64,000 bases of DNA from Escherichia phage vB_EcoM_G37-3: the sequence record MK327941.1; one strand, written 5' to 3'. Shown here in pieces: positions 37,519 through 46,571 of this stretch. The notes beneath the pieces were generated by a model. It was not told the DNA's origin. It saw only the letters and a program-made list of their open reading frames with translations, and searched no databases. Each line of letters starts with the position of its first letter. The stretch's first letter is position 1. The position numbers and the translations under genes are program-made.

Positions 37519-38013
37519 TTATTTTACCAGTTCTGCTAATTCTTTTTCCGCCGATTCCAGTTCAGCCTTAAGCTGTTTAATCTCTTGTCGCTTCTTATTA
37601 GCGGCTTCCTGCTTACTATTTCGGATAACCTGATCTAGATACAACTCCCAATCCTGAATATTTTTGATAATGTAACCGTCAACATTAATTGGTCGGAGAT
37701 TCAGTAAAGCTTCCAGTTTAGTCGCAAAAACTTTAATTGCTGGTGTGAAGTATTCATATTCGTTATCTTCAAACCAATAACCTAGACTTGCATTATCAAT
37801 ACGAAGACGAAGTTCAAGATCAAGGTCTTTATCTTCGGTGTAAAGATCTTTCACCTGACCCAGCGAACTAACAACAACTTTAAAACGAATTTTATCTACA
37901 CCACCAAACACATCAGTAAGTATACCAGCAATTGAGCTATTAGCGCAAGATTGGTCGCTGAATGCGTCAAGGTTTTCTTTAGTTACAGTATACCAAACAT
38001 CTTGTACCCACAT
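37519..38013 (-). CDS. paralog-family protein P0 (divergent)
   Basis: KIRFKVVVSS...GYWFEDNEYEYF and C-terminal coiled coil resemble the P1-P7 family. Confidence 0.45.
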   Translation of the reverse strand: MWVQDVWYTVTKENLDAFSDQSCANSSIAGILTDVFGGVDKIRFKVVVSSLGQVKDLYTEDKDLDLELRLRIDNASLGYWFEDNEYEYFTPAIKVFATKLEALLNLRPINVDGYIIKNIQDWELYLDQVIRNSKQEAANKKRQEIKQLKAELESAEKELAELVK

Positions 38014-38043
38014 AATATAATCCTCTCGTTGTTAAGTGGGAGT

Positions 38044-38071
38044 ATTATAGCATACTCCCTTCGCATGTCAA
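38044..38071 (-). promoter_or_regulatory. early promoter (PeSL-type) TTGACA-N17-TATAAT
   Basis: -10 inside inverted repeat GGGAGTA/TACTCCC; approximate. Confidence 0.55.
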
Positions 38072-39246
38072 GCACTAACTTTTTTCTTTACTGCTTTCAC
38101 CTTCTGGCGAATTGCTCGAATCTCTTCGATCTCTTTTTCAGTATCTTTAACAATTTCTTTGCGATTCTGAATATCTTTATCGAGATTATCATCAAGTTTA
38201 GGCAGCATGTCAATCAAGAACTTTTTAAAGTCTTTCAGGTTTCGGATAACAGCACCTTCACCCATTACCGCCACGCCTACACCATCCGGCAGGTCGCCAA
38301 ACAGTTTAACCAGTTCAGACAGATGATCATGATCTTCTAGTGCTTCTTCCGGTTCAGATGGCAGTTCCACAAAGTAATAACGTTCATCATTGCTGATCAG
38401 GTGATACCAGCAAAGCCCAAAAGATTTAGGAGTATATTCTACACCACCAACTTCAACTGCGTCAACACTTCCGAAAGAATCTACTTTAGTTACCTTAAAT
38501 CCATGTTCCAGCGTTTTAATAATTTCAATAACATGACTGGATACGGTTTCAGTATTAAACCAATGAGGCAAATTATGTGGATTTGGCTTGTATCGTTCGC
38601 CTACTTTAAATCTCTGACCACGCTCTTGCATACGGACATATTCAACTCGCGTGATTTCCGCGAAGTATTCAAATTCGCCACCGTCAAACACAGAAGCCCA
38701 TTGATCACAAAAACGATCTGCCTTAACAGTTTCACCTTTCGCGGTGATCATGGTAGCTGATCCGTGCAATTCTTCTTCAACTAAAAAGCCATATTCGACA
38801 AAATCAACAAGTTTCATAGCTTCTTTGTGATCTGGATCATGCTCTCCCCAGAATCGCTTAAATTCTTGCAAACCTTCTGGGGTAAACGAATAACATTTAC
38901 CTTTTTCAAAGTAAGTCGGCATTGCATCCTCTTTCTTGTTCATCGCTTCGTATGCCTCTTTTGAGATGCGTTTAAAGTATTTACGCTCATTGTGCATAAT
39001 CATAGTAGCCCAATAATCAACAATATCATTAGCGGAATAAACTACATCTCCAGCTTCAATAGTAATAACATGACCGTGGTCATCTTTTTCTAATACTTTA
39101 AAGCCCTTTTCTACGATTTCAGCAACACGAATATGACCACGGCGCGAAGCATCGGTCAGAATAATTGAATAGCGAGAAAAGTCTAGAAACTCATCTTTAC
39201 CGCCTTCACGGAATGCATAGTAATGACCTTCAAAGAATTTAGCCAT
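38068..39246 (-). CDS. paralog-family protein P5 (three tandem domains)
   Basis: Three G-F-[KL]-V...ERKYF-like repeats plus C-terminal coiled coil; GAGAGGATTATATT leader. Confidence 0.6.
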   Translation of the reverse strand: MAKFFEGHYYAFREGGKDEFLDFSRYSIILTDASRRGHIRVAEIVEKGFKVLEKDDHGHVITIEAGDVVYSANDIVDYWATMIMHNERKYFKRISKEAYEAMNKKEDAMPTYFEKGKCYSFTPEGLQEFKRFWGEHDPDHKEAMKLVDFVEYGFLVEEELHGSATMITAKGETVKADRFCDQWASVFDGGEFEYFAEITRVEYVRMQERGQRFKVGERYKPNPHNLPHWFNTETVSSHVIEIIKTLEHGFKVTKVDSFGSVDAVEVGGVEYTPKSFGLCWYHLISNDERYYFVELPSEPEEALEDHDHLSELVKLFGDLPDGVGVAVMGEGAVIRNLKDFKKFLIDMLPKLDDNLDKDIQNRKEIVKDTEKEIEEIRAIRQKVKAVKKKVSA

Positions 39247-39277
39247 AATATAATCCTCTCGTTGTTTAGATGGGAGT

Positions 39278-39306
39278 ATCTTACTACTCCCGTTTCATCA
39301 TGTCAA
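39278..39306 (-). promoter_or_regulatory. early promoter (PeSL-type) TTGACA-N17-TAAGAT
   Basis: -10 inside inverted repeat GGGAGTA/TACTCCC; approximate. Confidence 0.5.
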
Positions 39307-39869
39307 GCGTTAAATGACTTTTGGATCTCTTTCAGTTCAGCTACTTTATCGGCGCTATATTTTGCTTGATGTTCCATGCGCTTAAGCTCACCTTTGATAT
39401 AGGTTTCTAGCTTAGGTTTATTCTCAATCAGAAAATCTTTCAAGTCATCGGCATTTTTAAAGTATAGCTGATTATCAAAGCTAAAATCTTCCAGCGTCAA
39501 TGATACCAAAGAAGACTTCGCAAACAAGTTAATCAGATCTTCCAGAGATTCTTCTTTCTTAATTGGTTTCATTTCTTCAAACTGCTTTTTAGTGATGCGT
39601 TTAAAGTATTTTCGCTCGTTTGCAGCAATCAGAACAGATGCACCTTCATACTCATGAGTTTCTACCAGATACACACGCCCCATCGCATCAACAGTGAGAA
39701 CTTTAAAGCCGTTACAAAGCACGTCATACAAGAACTTATTATGTTGCGGACATCGTTTGATAAATTCTGCGACTGTTTCTGCACTACGGAAAGTATAGTA
39801 ACGACCTCGTTCAAAAACAGCGTCATTGGGTGACTTAACCGAATATACTTTGTATGTTTTCTGTACCAT
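39303..39869 (-). CDS. paralog-family protein P6
   Basis: GFKVLTVDAMGRVYLVE...ERKYFKRI; C-terminal LKDFLIENKPKL; ATG at 39869. Confidence 0.55.
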   Translation of the reverse strand: MVQKTYKVYSVKSPNDAVFERGRYYTFRSAETVAEFIKRCPQHNKFLYDVLCNGFKVLTVDAMGRVYLVETHEYEGASVLIAANERKYFKRITKKQFEEMKPIKKEESLEDLINLFAKSSLVSLTLEDFSFDNQLYFKNADDLKDFLIENKPKLETYIKGELKRMEHQAKYSADKVAELKEIQKSFNA

Positions 39870-39883
39870 AATATAATCCTCTA

Positions 39884-40156
39884 TCATTTCACTAATTGAA
39901 CAGCACGGAACAGAATGCGGTCACACGGAAGCAGCATAAATTCCCAACGCGGATCAAAGTCTTTAGCGGTATATGTTTTCCCATCAACCGAGATTTCACT
40001 TACATAACCAATAGGTGACACTTTAAGAACAGTAAATCCATTCTTGATGACTTCGTAGGTATCTTTCAATCCTTCGTAGTCATCCTCTAGGAAGTCTTTA
40101 CGTGCTTGCTCAGATTTAAAAACATAGGCCACACCGGATTTAAACATCTTACGCAT
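39884..40156 (-). CDS. paralog-family protein P7 (single domain, 90 aa)
   Basis: GFTVLKVSPIGYVSEISVDGKTY...RILFRAV; AAGGAGAATCAACA leader. Confidence 0.5.
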   Translation of the reverse strand: MRKMFKSGVAYVFKSEQARKDFLEDDYEGLKDTYEVIKNGFTVLKVSPIGYVSEISVDGKTYTAKDFDPRWEFMLLPCDRILFRAVQLVK

Positions 40157-40187
40157 TGTTGATTCTCCTTCTTGATTAGATGGGAGT

Positions 40188-40216
40188 ATTTTACTACTCC
40201 CATTTCATGTTGTCAA
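40188..40216 (-). promoter_or_regulatory. early promoter (PeSL-type) TTGACA-N17-TAAAAT
   Basis: -10 inside GGGAGTA/TACTCCC inverted repeat; approximate. Confidence 0.5.
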
Positions 40217-40219
40217 CCA

Positions 40220-40693
40220 CTATCTTAATCTTTGTATGAATTGTTTCTTATACTTCTTCGTGATCTCTTCTCTTGTATCCGCGTCACAGTAATCGAAACC
40301 TTCTGCGTCCATAATAGCAACCATCTCCGCTCGTGTCAAGCGTGAAAATCGTTTTACTTTATCAACAGCATATTGAGGATGTAAATGATTGTTGGTGTAG
40401 TCTCCTTTGATGTAATTAACATAGTTTGTAGCCCAAACAACGAAATCAGCACCTAAAGCACCAACACCAAACCGTTTAAAGTCTCCGGTCAACGATCCTT
40501 CTAGGCGGTTGCAACACGAATGAAGCAATCCCCTTACGCGGCCTTGCCCTTTCCCATCTAGATCGTGGTCGTGGTCAAGATGGTTTTTGCTCATATCCTC
40601 AAAAAGTGGCAATTGACAAAGGGGGCAAATGCCCCCCTGTTTTTCGAATAGTTCTTGTTTGTACTCTTTAGCACTCTTAGCAGTCAGTAACAT
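40220..40693 (-). CDS. 49: endonuclease VII gp49 (Holliday junction resolvase)
   Basis: 157 aa from ATG at 40693; zinc motif CPLCQ...HLDHDHDLDG...RGLL, aligns with T4 gp49. Confidence 0.88.
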   Translation of the reverse strand: MLLTAKSAKEYKQELFEKQGGICPLCQLPLFEDMSKNHLDHDHDLDGKGQGRVRGLLHSCCNRLEGSLTGDFKRFGVGALGADFVVWATNYVNYIKGDYTNNHLHPQYAVDKVKRFSRLTRAEMVAIMDAEGFDYCDADTREEITKKYKKQFIQRLR

Positions 40694-40717
40694 AAATTCA
40701 CCCTCCAAAGAAGGTAT

Positions 40718-40999
40718 TTAACCATTAATCTTGTTTTTGACTACAAAGGATCGGAACTCATCAAAACCACCGATATAATCACCATCATAGAAAATCTGCG
40801 GCATGGTGGCAATAACTTCTACCCCTGCGCGATCCTGAATATCGGCAATGATAGAATCAATCTTTACCGGACGACCGTTTTCGTCCACACCATCATTAAC
40901 CGGAATGTAGATGTAAGGGATCTTACGCGCTTCACAAAGGCGCTTTGCATTCTGGCAATACTTACAGTTGTAACCTTCAAAACCAAAAATTTCTACCAT
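40718..40999 (-). CDS. nrdC: thioredoxin/glutaredoxin NrdC
   Basis: 93 aa; active site CKYC; MPQIFYDGDYIGGFDEF matches T4 NrdC. Confidence 0.8.
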   Translation of the reverse strand: MVEIFGFEGYNCKYCQNAKRLCEARKIPYIYIPVNDGVDENGRPVKIDSIIADIQDRAGVEVIATMPQIFYDGDYIGGFDEFRSFVVKNKING

Positions 41000-41007
41000 G
41001 TTATACC

Positions 41008-41820
41008 TCAATCTACGTTAGTTACATAAACTTCTTGCGTATCAGAAGACTTACCACCTGAACGATCTAGGCAATAGGTCTTATTCAACAGGACGCAGTT
41101 TAAATCATTCCGCTTGATAAAGTCAAGGAGATGATCATTTACCTTTCCCTTATGATGCGTGACATTACTGATACCAAACTGAAAACCACGCGCCATAATC
41201 GATTCTACCCACTGATAGAATTTAATCTCTTCCTCGTCACTCCAGAACTTATTATATTCCGCAGAAGTGATAAGGTACGGCGGGTCCAAATAAACGAAAT
41301 CACCTGGCAAGATCTCGATCTCGTCATAGCGACCAGACGTAAAACTGATTCGACCGTCTTTGTTTTCTTCCTTAAAATTCAGGACACGCTCTACCGCGTT
41401 TTCGTTAAAAGTCCGGCGACCAAAATTAGCATTAAATTCTCCCTTCCTGTTATGGCGGTTAATGTTGCTAAAACTGTGCTGAATCAGAACAAACAGAGAT
41501 AGCGGATCTGGATTCTCATTATACTTCTTGCGGAATGCCATATAAGAATCTTTATCATCACGAGACAAACCATTCTCGGCAATAATCAGCTTGATCGTAG
41601 AAACCGGATCAGGACACTCGTCAATCGCTTTGTACGCGTCAATTAAGCGGTGATCATAGTCATTAGCCAGAACACCCCCTTCGACGTACAGAGACACGCT
41701 CAAGCCACCACAAAAGGCATCAACAAAGCGGTTATAGTGCTTAGGGAAATACTTACTAACACTTGGCAATAACTTTTCCTTATTGCCAGTATAGGGAATT
41801 AAACCTAATGCTTTCTTCAT
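41008..41820 (-). CDS. dam: DNA adenine methyltransferase Dam
   Basis: 270 aa; FCGG (motif I) and DPPY (motif IV); close match to T4 Dam. Confidence 0.9.
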   Translation of the reverse strand: MKKALGLIPYTGNKEKLLPSVSKYFPKHYNRFVDAFCGGLSVSLYVEGGVLANDYDHRLIDAYKAIDECPDPVSTIKLIIAENGLSRDDKDSYMAFRKKYNENPDPLSLFVLIQHSFSNINRHNRKGEFNANFGRRTFNENAVERVLNFKEENKDGRISFTSGRYDEIEILPGDFVYLDPPYLITSAEYNKFWSDEEEIKFYQWVESIMARGFQFGISNVTHHKGKVNDHLLDFIKRNDLNCVLLNKTYCLDRSGGKSSDTQEVYVTNVD

Positions 41821-42251
41821 TATCCCTTCCTCAAATAAGTTCGCTCAATCTCTACCAGTTCGAAAAATTCATCCCAATCACACGGAAAATTGCAGTTTCC
41901 AAAATGGTCTTCATTGTAAAGCTCTTTACCGGATGGCAACTTAATATCTGTTACAGTATACCAACCGCAACAATCACAATCACCCTCAACAACAGAAACT
42001 TTCGTCGGAATTTGCATCATTGCCAGATAGGTCGGCACGTCAGACTGTTCAAAGATCATGTAACCTTCATTGTCAAACGAAACAAAATTATCATCGCCCA
42101 AAAAAGGGATATAGTGGTCATAATCGGTTACAGGTTGACCGTGCAATTCCCATTCTACAATTTTAACATTACCACTAAACTTGATACCCATCATATCAAC
42201 CATAAAATGAGTATCGTCAATGTAAATCTTACTAGGAGTTGGATAAACCAT
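41820..42251 (-). CDS. hypothetical Cys-rich protein (143 aa)
   Basis: GDCDCCGW and CNFPCDW clusters; GAGGATTATATA leader. Confidence 0.5.
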   Translation of the reverse strand: MVYPTPSKIYIDDTHFMVDMMGIKFSGNVKIVEWELHGQPVTDYDHYIPFLGDDNFVSFDNEGYMIFEQSDVPTYLAMMQIPTKVSVVEGDCDCCGWYTVTDIKLPSGKELYNEDHFGNCNFPCDWDEFFELVEIERTYLRKG

Positions 42252-42261
42252 TATATAATCC

Positions 42262-42558
42262 TCATATCTCAGAGAATAGAATCTCTGTTAGCTTCACTGA
42301 CTGCTCTCTGAATGTTAGCGTATACTCGAAAGGAAAGTCAACACCTAATTTCAGAAGAGAATAGCCTACCGCCTCTTTATGCTTATCTGTTAGGGCAATC
42401 CTAACCAATTCCAGTTGAATCTCTTTAGGCGGTGAATGGATAGTAACACGGGTATCATGCAATGTCCAGTCACCATTACGAATCAAGATTAACGGTTTAT
42501 CGTCATTGAAGATCACCGACCCCTTTCCGGTCGGTGAGTGTTTTATACTAATCATCAA
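42262..42558 (-). CDS. hypothetical protein (98 aa)
   Basis: ORF on the common strand. Confidence 0.45.
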   Translation of the reverse strand: MMISIKHSPTGKGSVIFNDDKPLILIRNGDWTLHDTRVTIHSPPKEIQLELVRIALTDKHKEAVGYSLLKLGVDFPFEYTLTFREQSVKLTEILFSEI

Positions 42559-42769
42559 ATTCTAAGAAATATTCTGGAACGATATAACCGTTAAAGTCAT
42601 TGCACTTATAAAAATGTGGTGCATTTAATGCTGGATGAGCGTTTGTAAAGAGTTTACCCTCTAGAAACAGAATGTAATTAATAGGTCTAATACCTACAGA
42701 ATCAGGGTCTAAACCTTTTTCTTTCAGTTCAGCCAGCGTTAAAACTCGTCCAGATCGTAACTTAGCCAT
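42548..42769 (-). CDS. hypothetical protein (73 aa)
   Basis: ORF on the common strand. Confidence 0.4.
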   Translation of the reverse strand: MAKLRSGRVLTLAELKEKGLDPDSVGIRPINYILFLEGKLFTNAHPALNAPHFYKCNDFNGYIVPEYFLEFDD

Positions 42770-43055
42770 GATTTACCCCTAATTCATCAAGATTATGTCG
42801 CAGCATTTCAGAGTATTTTTCTACTTCCTTGATCTTAGTGTGGATCTCCACGATCTCATCTTCACTATCAGAAAGTTTAATAGCAATCGCGAGCGTGCTT
42901 TTACCAGCTTTCATAGTCTCTTTCCGTTCAACCAATAGATCCGCGTGTTTCAATAGCAATTCTTCACGTCGAACATAAGCGACGGTCAAAGCCTCATCAG
43001 CGATTTCTAAAGCATTTTCAGCGACACCAACAACCATTTTACGAGTAGACAGCAT
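42762..43055 (-). CDS. hypothetical protein (97 aa)
   Basis: ORF on the common strand. Confidence 0.45.
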   Translation of the reverse strand: MLSTRKMVVGVAENALEIADEALTVAYVRREELLLKHADLLVERKETMKAGKSTLAIAIKLSDSEDEIVEIHTKIKEVEKYSEMLRHNLDELGVNHG

Positions 43056-43069
43056 AAATTCACCTCACA

Positions 43070-43378
43070 TTATTTCACGTTAACGCCGTCATAAATCCAG
43101 CCGACGCTATTTGGTTTAACAGTTTTACCATAGGATGCATACTTAATCAAGCATGGGTTAACATCATTATCAAATCTTCCTAAACGTACTCCCAAATCAG
43201 GAATATCCATGTATGCGGCTTTATATCCCCATGTGCCATATTCAGAATCAATCTCAACCGGACGGCCTTTAAAAGCATACACTACACCGTGACGGTCAAC
43301 GATAACATAACAATAACCAGCCGGAAGATACACAGTTTCGCCGTAAACTTTAACTGGAGTAGCAGAAGAGATAAACAT
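43070..43378 (-). CDS. hypothetical protein (102 aa)
   Basis: Internal ATG at 43378 behind GTGAGGATTATATT leader and early promoter. Confidence 0.45.
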   Translation of the reverse strand: MFISSATPVKVYGETVYLPAGYCYVIVDRHGVVYAFKGRPVEIDSEYGTWGYKAAYMDIPDLGVRLGRFDNDVNPCLIKYASYGKTVKPNSVGWIYDGVNVK

Positions 43379-43402
43379 AATATAATCCTCACATCGTTCA
43401 TT

Positions 43403-43441
43403 TGATGCGGTCATTATATGATAACCGCATTTTCATGTCAA
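43403..43441 (-). promoter_or_regulatory. early promoter (PeSL-type) TTGACA-N17-TATAAT
   Basis: -10 inside GCGGT/ACCGC inverted repeat; approximate. Confidence 0.5.
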
Positions 43442-43447
43442 CAGTTT

Positions 43448-43756
43448 TTAAAAATCTTCTTCCGGTTTATATCGACCGTCATCAACTGGTTTTGGGCTGA
43501 ATCCGGTATGTTTGCGCGGCTTCGCTTCCGGTTTCCCCGCAATCATCAAACCAAAACATTTCAGCCCCTTATAACACATAACAATATCAACCACGGTCCA
43601 CGTTATAGGCCATACGATTGCAGCAATACAAAATGCTCCTGTATCGACCTCTTTGGTGTCCTTGTCGAATCTGGCGTACAAGCAGAATACTAGATACGAG
43701 ATCATTGCACCCGTAGTCCAGATATAAAGCACACTGACAATATCTTGTGTTGTCAC
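43448..43756 (-). CDS. membrane protein (about 102 aa, two TM segments; GTG start)
   Basis: AAGGAGGA RBS 5 nt before an in-frame GTG at 43756, directly after upstream stop. Confidence 0.45.
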   Translation of the reverse strand: MTTQDIVSVLYIWTTGAMISYLVFCLYARFDKDTKEVDTGAFCIAAIVWPITWTVVDIVMCYKGLKCFGLMIAGKPEAKPRKHTGFSPKPVDDGRYKPEEDF

Positions 43757-43766
43757 GTTATCCTCC

Positions 43767-44045
43767 TTACATGTCTTGCAGTGCATAAAAGCATTTTTCT
43801 TCATAGTCATAGAAAATGTCAAAGTATGCTTTTTCTACATACTCACCATTGATCCAAGCGGCAGTAACAATCAGAGTGGTCCAGTTCGATCCGCTCTCAA
43901 CGGTAAAGGTTTTAATACCCAGCTTCGCTGCCAAGTCGAACGCAAACCGGACGCAACCACGGCAGGAAGTGATATTTGAAGTTTTGATTTTAAAGCCACC
44001 GCGAGTTTTGGTAATTTCTACTTTAGCGAAAGACAGGTTGCTCAT
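43767..44045 (-). CDS. hypothetical protein (92 aa)
   Basis: AAGGAGAATCAAA leader after an early promoter. Confidence 0.5.
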   Translation of the reverse strand: MSNLSFAKVEITKTRGGFKIKTSNITSCRGCVRFAFDLAAKLGIKTFTVESGSNWTTLIVTAAWINGEYVEKAYFDIFYDYEEKCFYALQDM

Positions 44046-44087
44046 TTTGATTCTCCTTAAGAAAGTGTGTTTCGTTTTGATGTGTGT

Positions 44088-44116
44088 AGTATAGGGGATA
44101 TGTGATCCCCTGTCAA
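44088..44116 (-). promoter_or_regulatory. early promoter (PeSL-type) TTGACA-N17-TATACT
   Basis: Spacer hairpin GGGGATCACATATCCCC; approximate. Confidence 0.5.
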
Positions 44117-44123
44117 CAACTTT

Positions 44124-44333
44124 TTATGATTTTAGTGAATTAACCACTACATCAAAATGATGTACAGAGTACACCTTATTAAACACATATTCATCGTGTT
44201 TAGGAATAGCCCCTAATCGCTCTATTTCGCTCGCTGACACGATAAACCGTTTATCCGGTGCATTTACCTTATATGCTTCAACAACGCACGGAAAACGCGT
44301 TTTAGCGAGTTCGGGATAGTTTTCTGACTCCAT
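44124..44333 (-). CDS. hypothetical protein (start uncertain)
   Basis: Track ORF 44124..44453 overlaps the upstream ORF by 100 nt; internal Met at 44333 chosen, no RBS support. Confidence 0.3.
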   Translation of the reverse strand: MESENYPELAKTRFPCVVEAYKVNAPDKRFIVSASEIERLGAIPKHDEYVFNKVYSVHHFDVVVNSLKS

Positions 44334-44352
44334 CAGGACAATGAATACCCTG

Positions 44353-44694
44353 TTACATTGATTGTAGAATCCTGTTTTTGATTTCATCAAGTTTTCTTCT
44401 ATGTTCAAGTCGTGCAATCTTCTTTTCATGATTTCGTTGGTTCTTGTCTTCACAGTTTACCCACTCAACAAGATCTTTACCTAACTCGAAAGCCCATTCT
44501 CGGTCTTGCTTTACGTTTTGTAGGTATGGACTTTCTGACACTCTACGAAGTGATGTTGTCGTAACAAGAATGATCCCAGGAATGGTCGGATGTTCCTTTC
44601 CATATACAATCGGACGGGAATCACTTTCGACACCTTGTAAGAAGGTGTATCCTGAATCATTCAGCAACAAATACATTTTCGGTTCGTTCATCAC
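44353..44694 (-). CDS. hypothetical protein (113 aa)
   Basis: ORF on the common strand. Confidence 0.45.
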   Translation of the reverse strand: MMNEPKMYLLLNDSGYTFLQGVESDSRPIVYGKEHPTIPGIILVTTTSLRRVSESPYLQNVKQDREWAFELGKDLVEWVNCEDKNQRNHEKKIARLEHRRKLDEIKNRILQSM

Positions 44695-44948
44695 AGATTC
44701 CTCAACCAGTTATTAAAGCGAGCAAAGCATGATTCTTTTCGTGCTTTTTCTGCTTTACGGGCAAATCTATCCAAGAAACACCATTCATAATCATCATTGT
44801 AAATTCCCTCAAAGGAAGCTCCAGCTTTGCGTAATTCTTTGGTTGTTACCAAGAAACTATCATAGAAGGGAGTTCCTCTAACAATGATCGGAAGTTTAAC
44901 ACCTTTCAAGAAAGAATAATCGGCATCATTAATAATTTCAATTTTCAT
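44691..44948 (-). CDS. hypothetical protein (85 aa)
   Basis: ORF with stop/start overlap to neighbours. Confidence 0.45.
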   Translation of the reverse strand: MKIEIINDADYSFLKGVKLPIIVRGTPFYDSFLVTTKELRKAGASFEGIYNDDYEWCFLDRFARKAEKARKESCFARFNNWLRNL

Positions 44949-45193
44949 TTTACATTATCTCCATAGATCTTTCCAGCAATATCAATTTCACCAGCACGAA
45001 CATCTAGGATAAGATGCGGTAGGTGTATGCAGTTTTCCCACCCTACGCGCTTCATTTCTTCTACGGTAACGTAAGCCCACCCGTTAGCTGTAATAACGTC
45101 TACTTCAACCTTGAGAGGAAAGCAAGACTTTTCTATGTCTTCGAATCCGACAATATGTTTTGTTGTTGAATATGGAATATATCCTGTGATCAT
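44945..45193 (-). CDS. hypothetical protein (82 aa)
   Basis: ORF with stop/start overlap to neighbours. Confidence 0.45.
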   Translation of the reverse strand: MITGYIPYSTTKHIVGFEDIEKSCFPLKVEVDVITANGWAYVTVEEMKRVGWENCIHLPHLILDVRAGEIDIAGKIYGDNVK

Positions 45194-45435
45194 TTTGTGA
45201 TCTCCTTATACTCAACACACCATAAGCGGGTAGCCCATGATAAACGCTCATACCGCTGGCAGAAATCGGACCATAGATATTGTGTACCGTCTTGCATGGT
45301 TGAAATATGCGTTTTCTCACCTACTTTCACGAAAGAAGTATTCGATTTTGTGATCTCGACCGGAGTATATCCGAAAGCTGTCGGTATTACTGATTCGTTG
45401 GTCTTCATTCTATATTCCTCACTCTTCTGTTTCAT
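45190..45435 (-). CDS. hypothetical protein (81 aa; start uncertain)
   Basis: ORF with overlap to neighbours. Confidence 0.4.
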   Translation of the reverse strand: MKQKSEEYRMKTNESVIPTAFGYTPVEITKSNTSFVKVGEKTHISTMQDGTQYLWSDFCQRYERLSWATRLWCVEYKEITK

Positions 45436-45616
45436 TTCTTTTATATGGTACTATAACAGGATTAATACAGCAAGCACCAATTACGTTATGAGCACCACAA
45501 TTTAAGCATTTATAATCATGGAACTTATTAAGGAATCGCCCGAACTCATAACCGACTAACGCCGCGTGTACTTGAGTCTCGATCTCATCCATATCAGCCA
45601 ATGTTTTAACCTTCAT
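45419..45616 (-). CDS. small Cys-rich protein (65 aa)
   Basis: CLNCGAHNVIGACC cluster; GAGGATTATATT leader before ATG at 45616. Confidence 0.4.
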   Translation of the reverse strand: MKVKTLADMDEIETQVHAALVGYEFGRFLNKFHDYKCLNCGAHNVIGACCINPVIVPYKRNETEE

Positions 45617-45626
45617 AATATAATCC

Positions 45627-45917
45627 TCAAATACTGGTTTTGCGAAGATGGTCATTACATGCTTTTAATGCATCAGTCGAGGTGTCATAGCGAGTATTAT
45701 CATAGCACCAGTAACCATCTGTCAACTGATAAATTAATCCATCCTTTTTAGCGTCGATGAAAGACAATTCTTTGAAAGTTTCTACTTTCTTTGCTGATAC
45801 TCCACGGTCACGGCGTTTATAGAGTTTAGCTAAAACGCGTTCAGCTTGTTCCTCTTTATCGCCAGACAGATCCCAGATGACGTTTCTGATATGCTTGATT
45901 AATTGTTCAGTGGTCAT
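45627..45917 (-). CDS. hypothetical protein (96 aa)
   Basis: AAGGAGAATCAAAT leader after an early promoter. Confidence 0.5.
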   Translation of the reverse strand: MTTEQLIKHIRNVIWDLSGDKEEQAERVLAKLYKRRDRGVSAKKVETFKELSFIDAKKDGLIYQLTDGYWCYDNTRYDTSTDALKACNDHLRKTSI

Positions 45918-45947
45918 ATTTGATTCTCCTTAGTTGGTATGGTTATC

Positions 45948-45975
45948 ATTATACGGGGATTTCTCCCCGTGTCAA
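45948..45975 (-). promoter_or_regulatory. early promoter (PeSL-type) TTGACA-N16-TATAAT
   Basis: Spacer hairpin CGGGGAGAAATCCCCG, the same hairpin as at 26947..26975; approximate. Confidence 0.55.
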
Positions 45976-45978
45976 CAA

Positions 45979-46200
45979 TTAAATGATCTCTGCTTCACCG
46001 TTAAGGAAGAAAGACCATGTTTTGTTAGGATAACGAAGCGCCCATGATTCAGCAGTTTTAACACCAGCTTCGAACAATTGACGGCTGGTTACTTTAGCCA
46101 TACCATCTTCGATGGCAACGTTTTCAATAATCATCGGGTACTTAGCACCACGCATGAAACCGAAGCCAGCGGAAGATTTGATAATTTTAACAGTTGCCAT
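45979..46200 (-). CDS. hypothetical protein (73 aa)
   Basis: Internal ATG at 46200 behind AGGAGAATCAAAA leader. Confidence 0.45.
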   Translation of the reverse strand: MATVKIIKSSAGFGFMRGAKYPMIIENVAIEDGMAKVTSRQLFEAGVKTAESWALRYPNKTWSFFLNGEAEII

Positions 46201-46239
46201 TTTTGATTCTCCTAGAAAGTGTCGTGTTTCGATGGGTGT

Positions 46240-46268
46240 ATTATGCAATAACACCGGATCGCTGTCAA
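46240..46268 (-). promoter_or_regulatory. early promoter (PeSL-type) TTGACA-N17-CATAAT
   Basis: Hexamers on minus strand with conserved ACACCCATCGAAAC leader; approximate. Confidence 0.5.
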
Positions 46269-46286
46269 CACTTTCTAAGAAAAATT

Positions 46287-46571
46287 TTAAATTAATCGAA
46301 TATAACCAAGAATTTCAGCGCCTTTAGCCAGTCCTAAAACTTCCCATTCAAGGTCGCCGTAGTCATAATTTGCAACCATCAACTGACCATTTTTCATGCA
46401 GCAATCATGAGAGAAAATTTTCCCCGTATAAACTACGATAGTAATAAACTTTCCTGATTCTGGCGGTGTGGAAGACAAAGCGACCATATGACCATTCAGC
46501 TTAGTCACCAGTGATGGAACAATAAAATTCGGGCTTACCTGAATACCGTTAAATTCGTTTGTGTCTTTCAT
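46287..46571 (-). CDS. hypothetical protein (94 aa)
   Basis: ORF on the common strand. Confidence 0.45.
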   Translation of the reverse strand: MKDTNEFNGIQVSPNFIVPSLVTKLNGHMVALSSTPPESGKFITIVVYTGKIFSHDCCMKNGQLMVANYDYGDLEWEVLGLAKGAEILGYIRLI

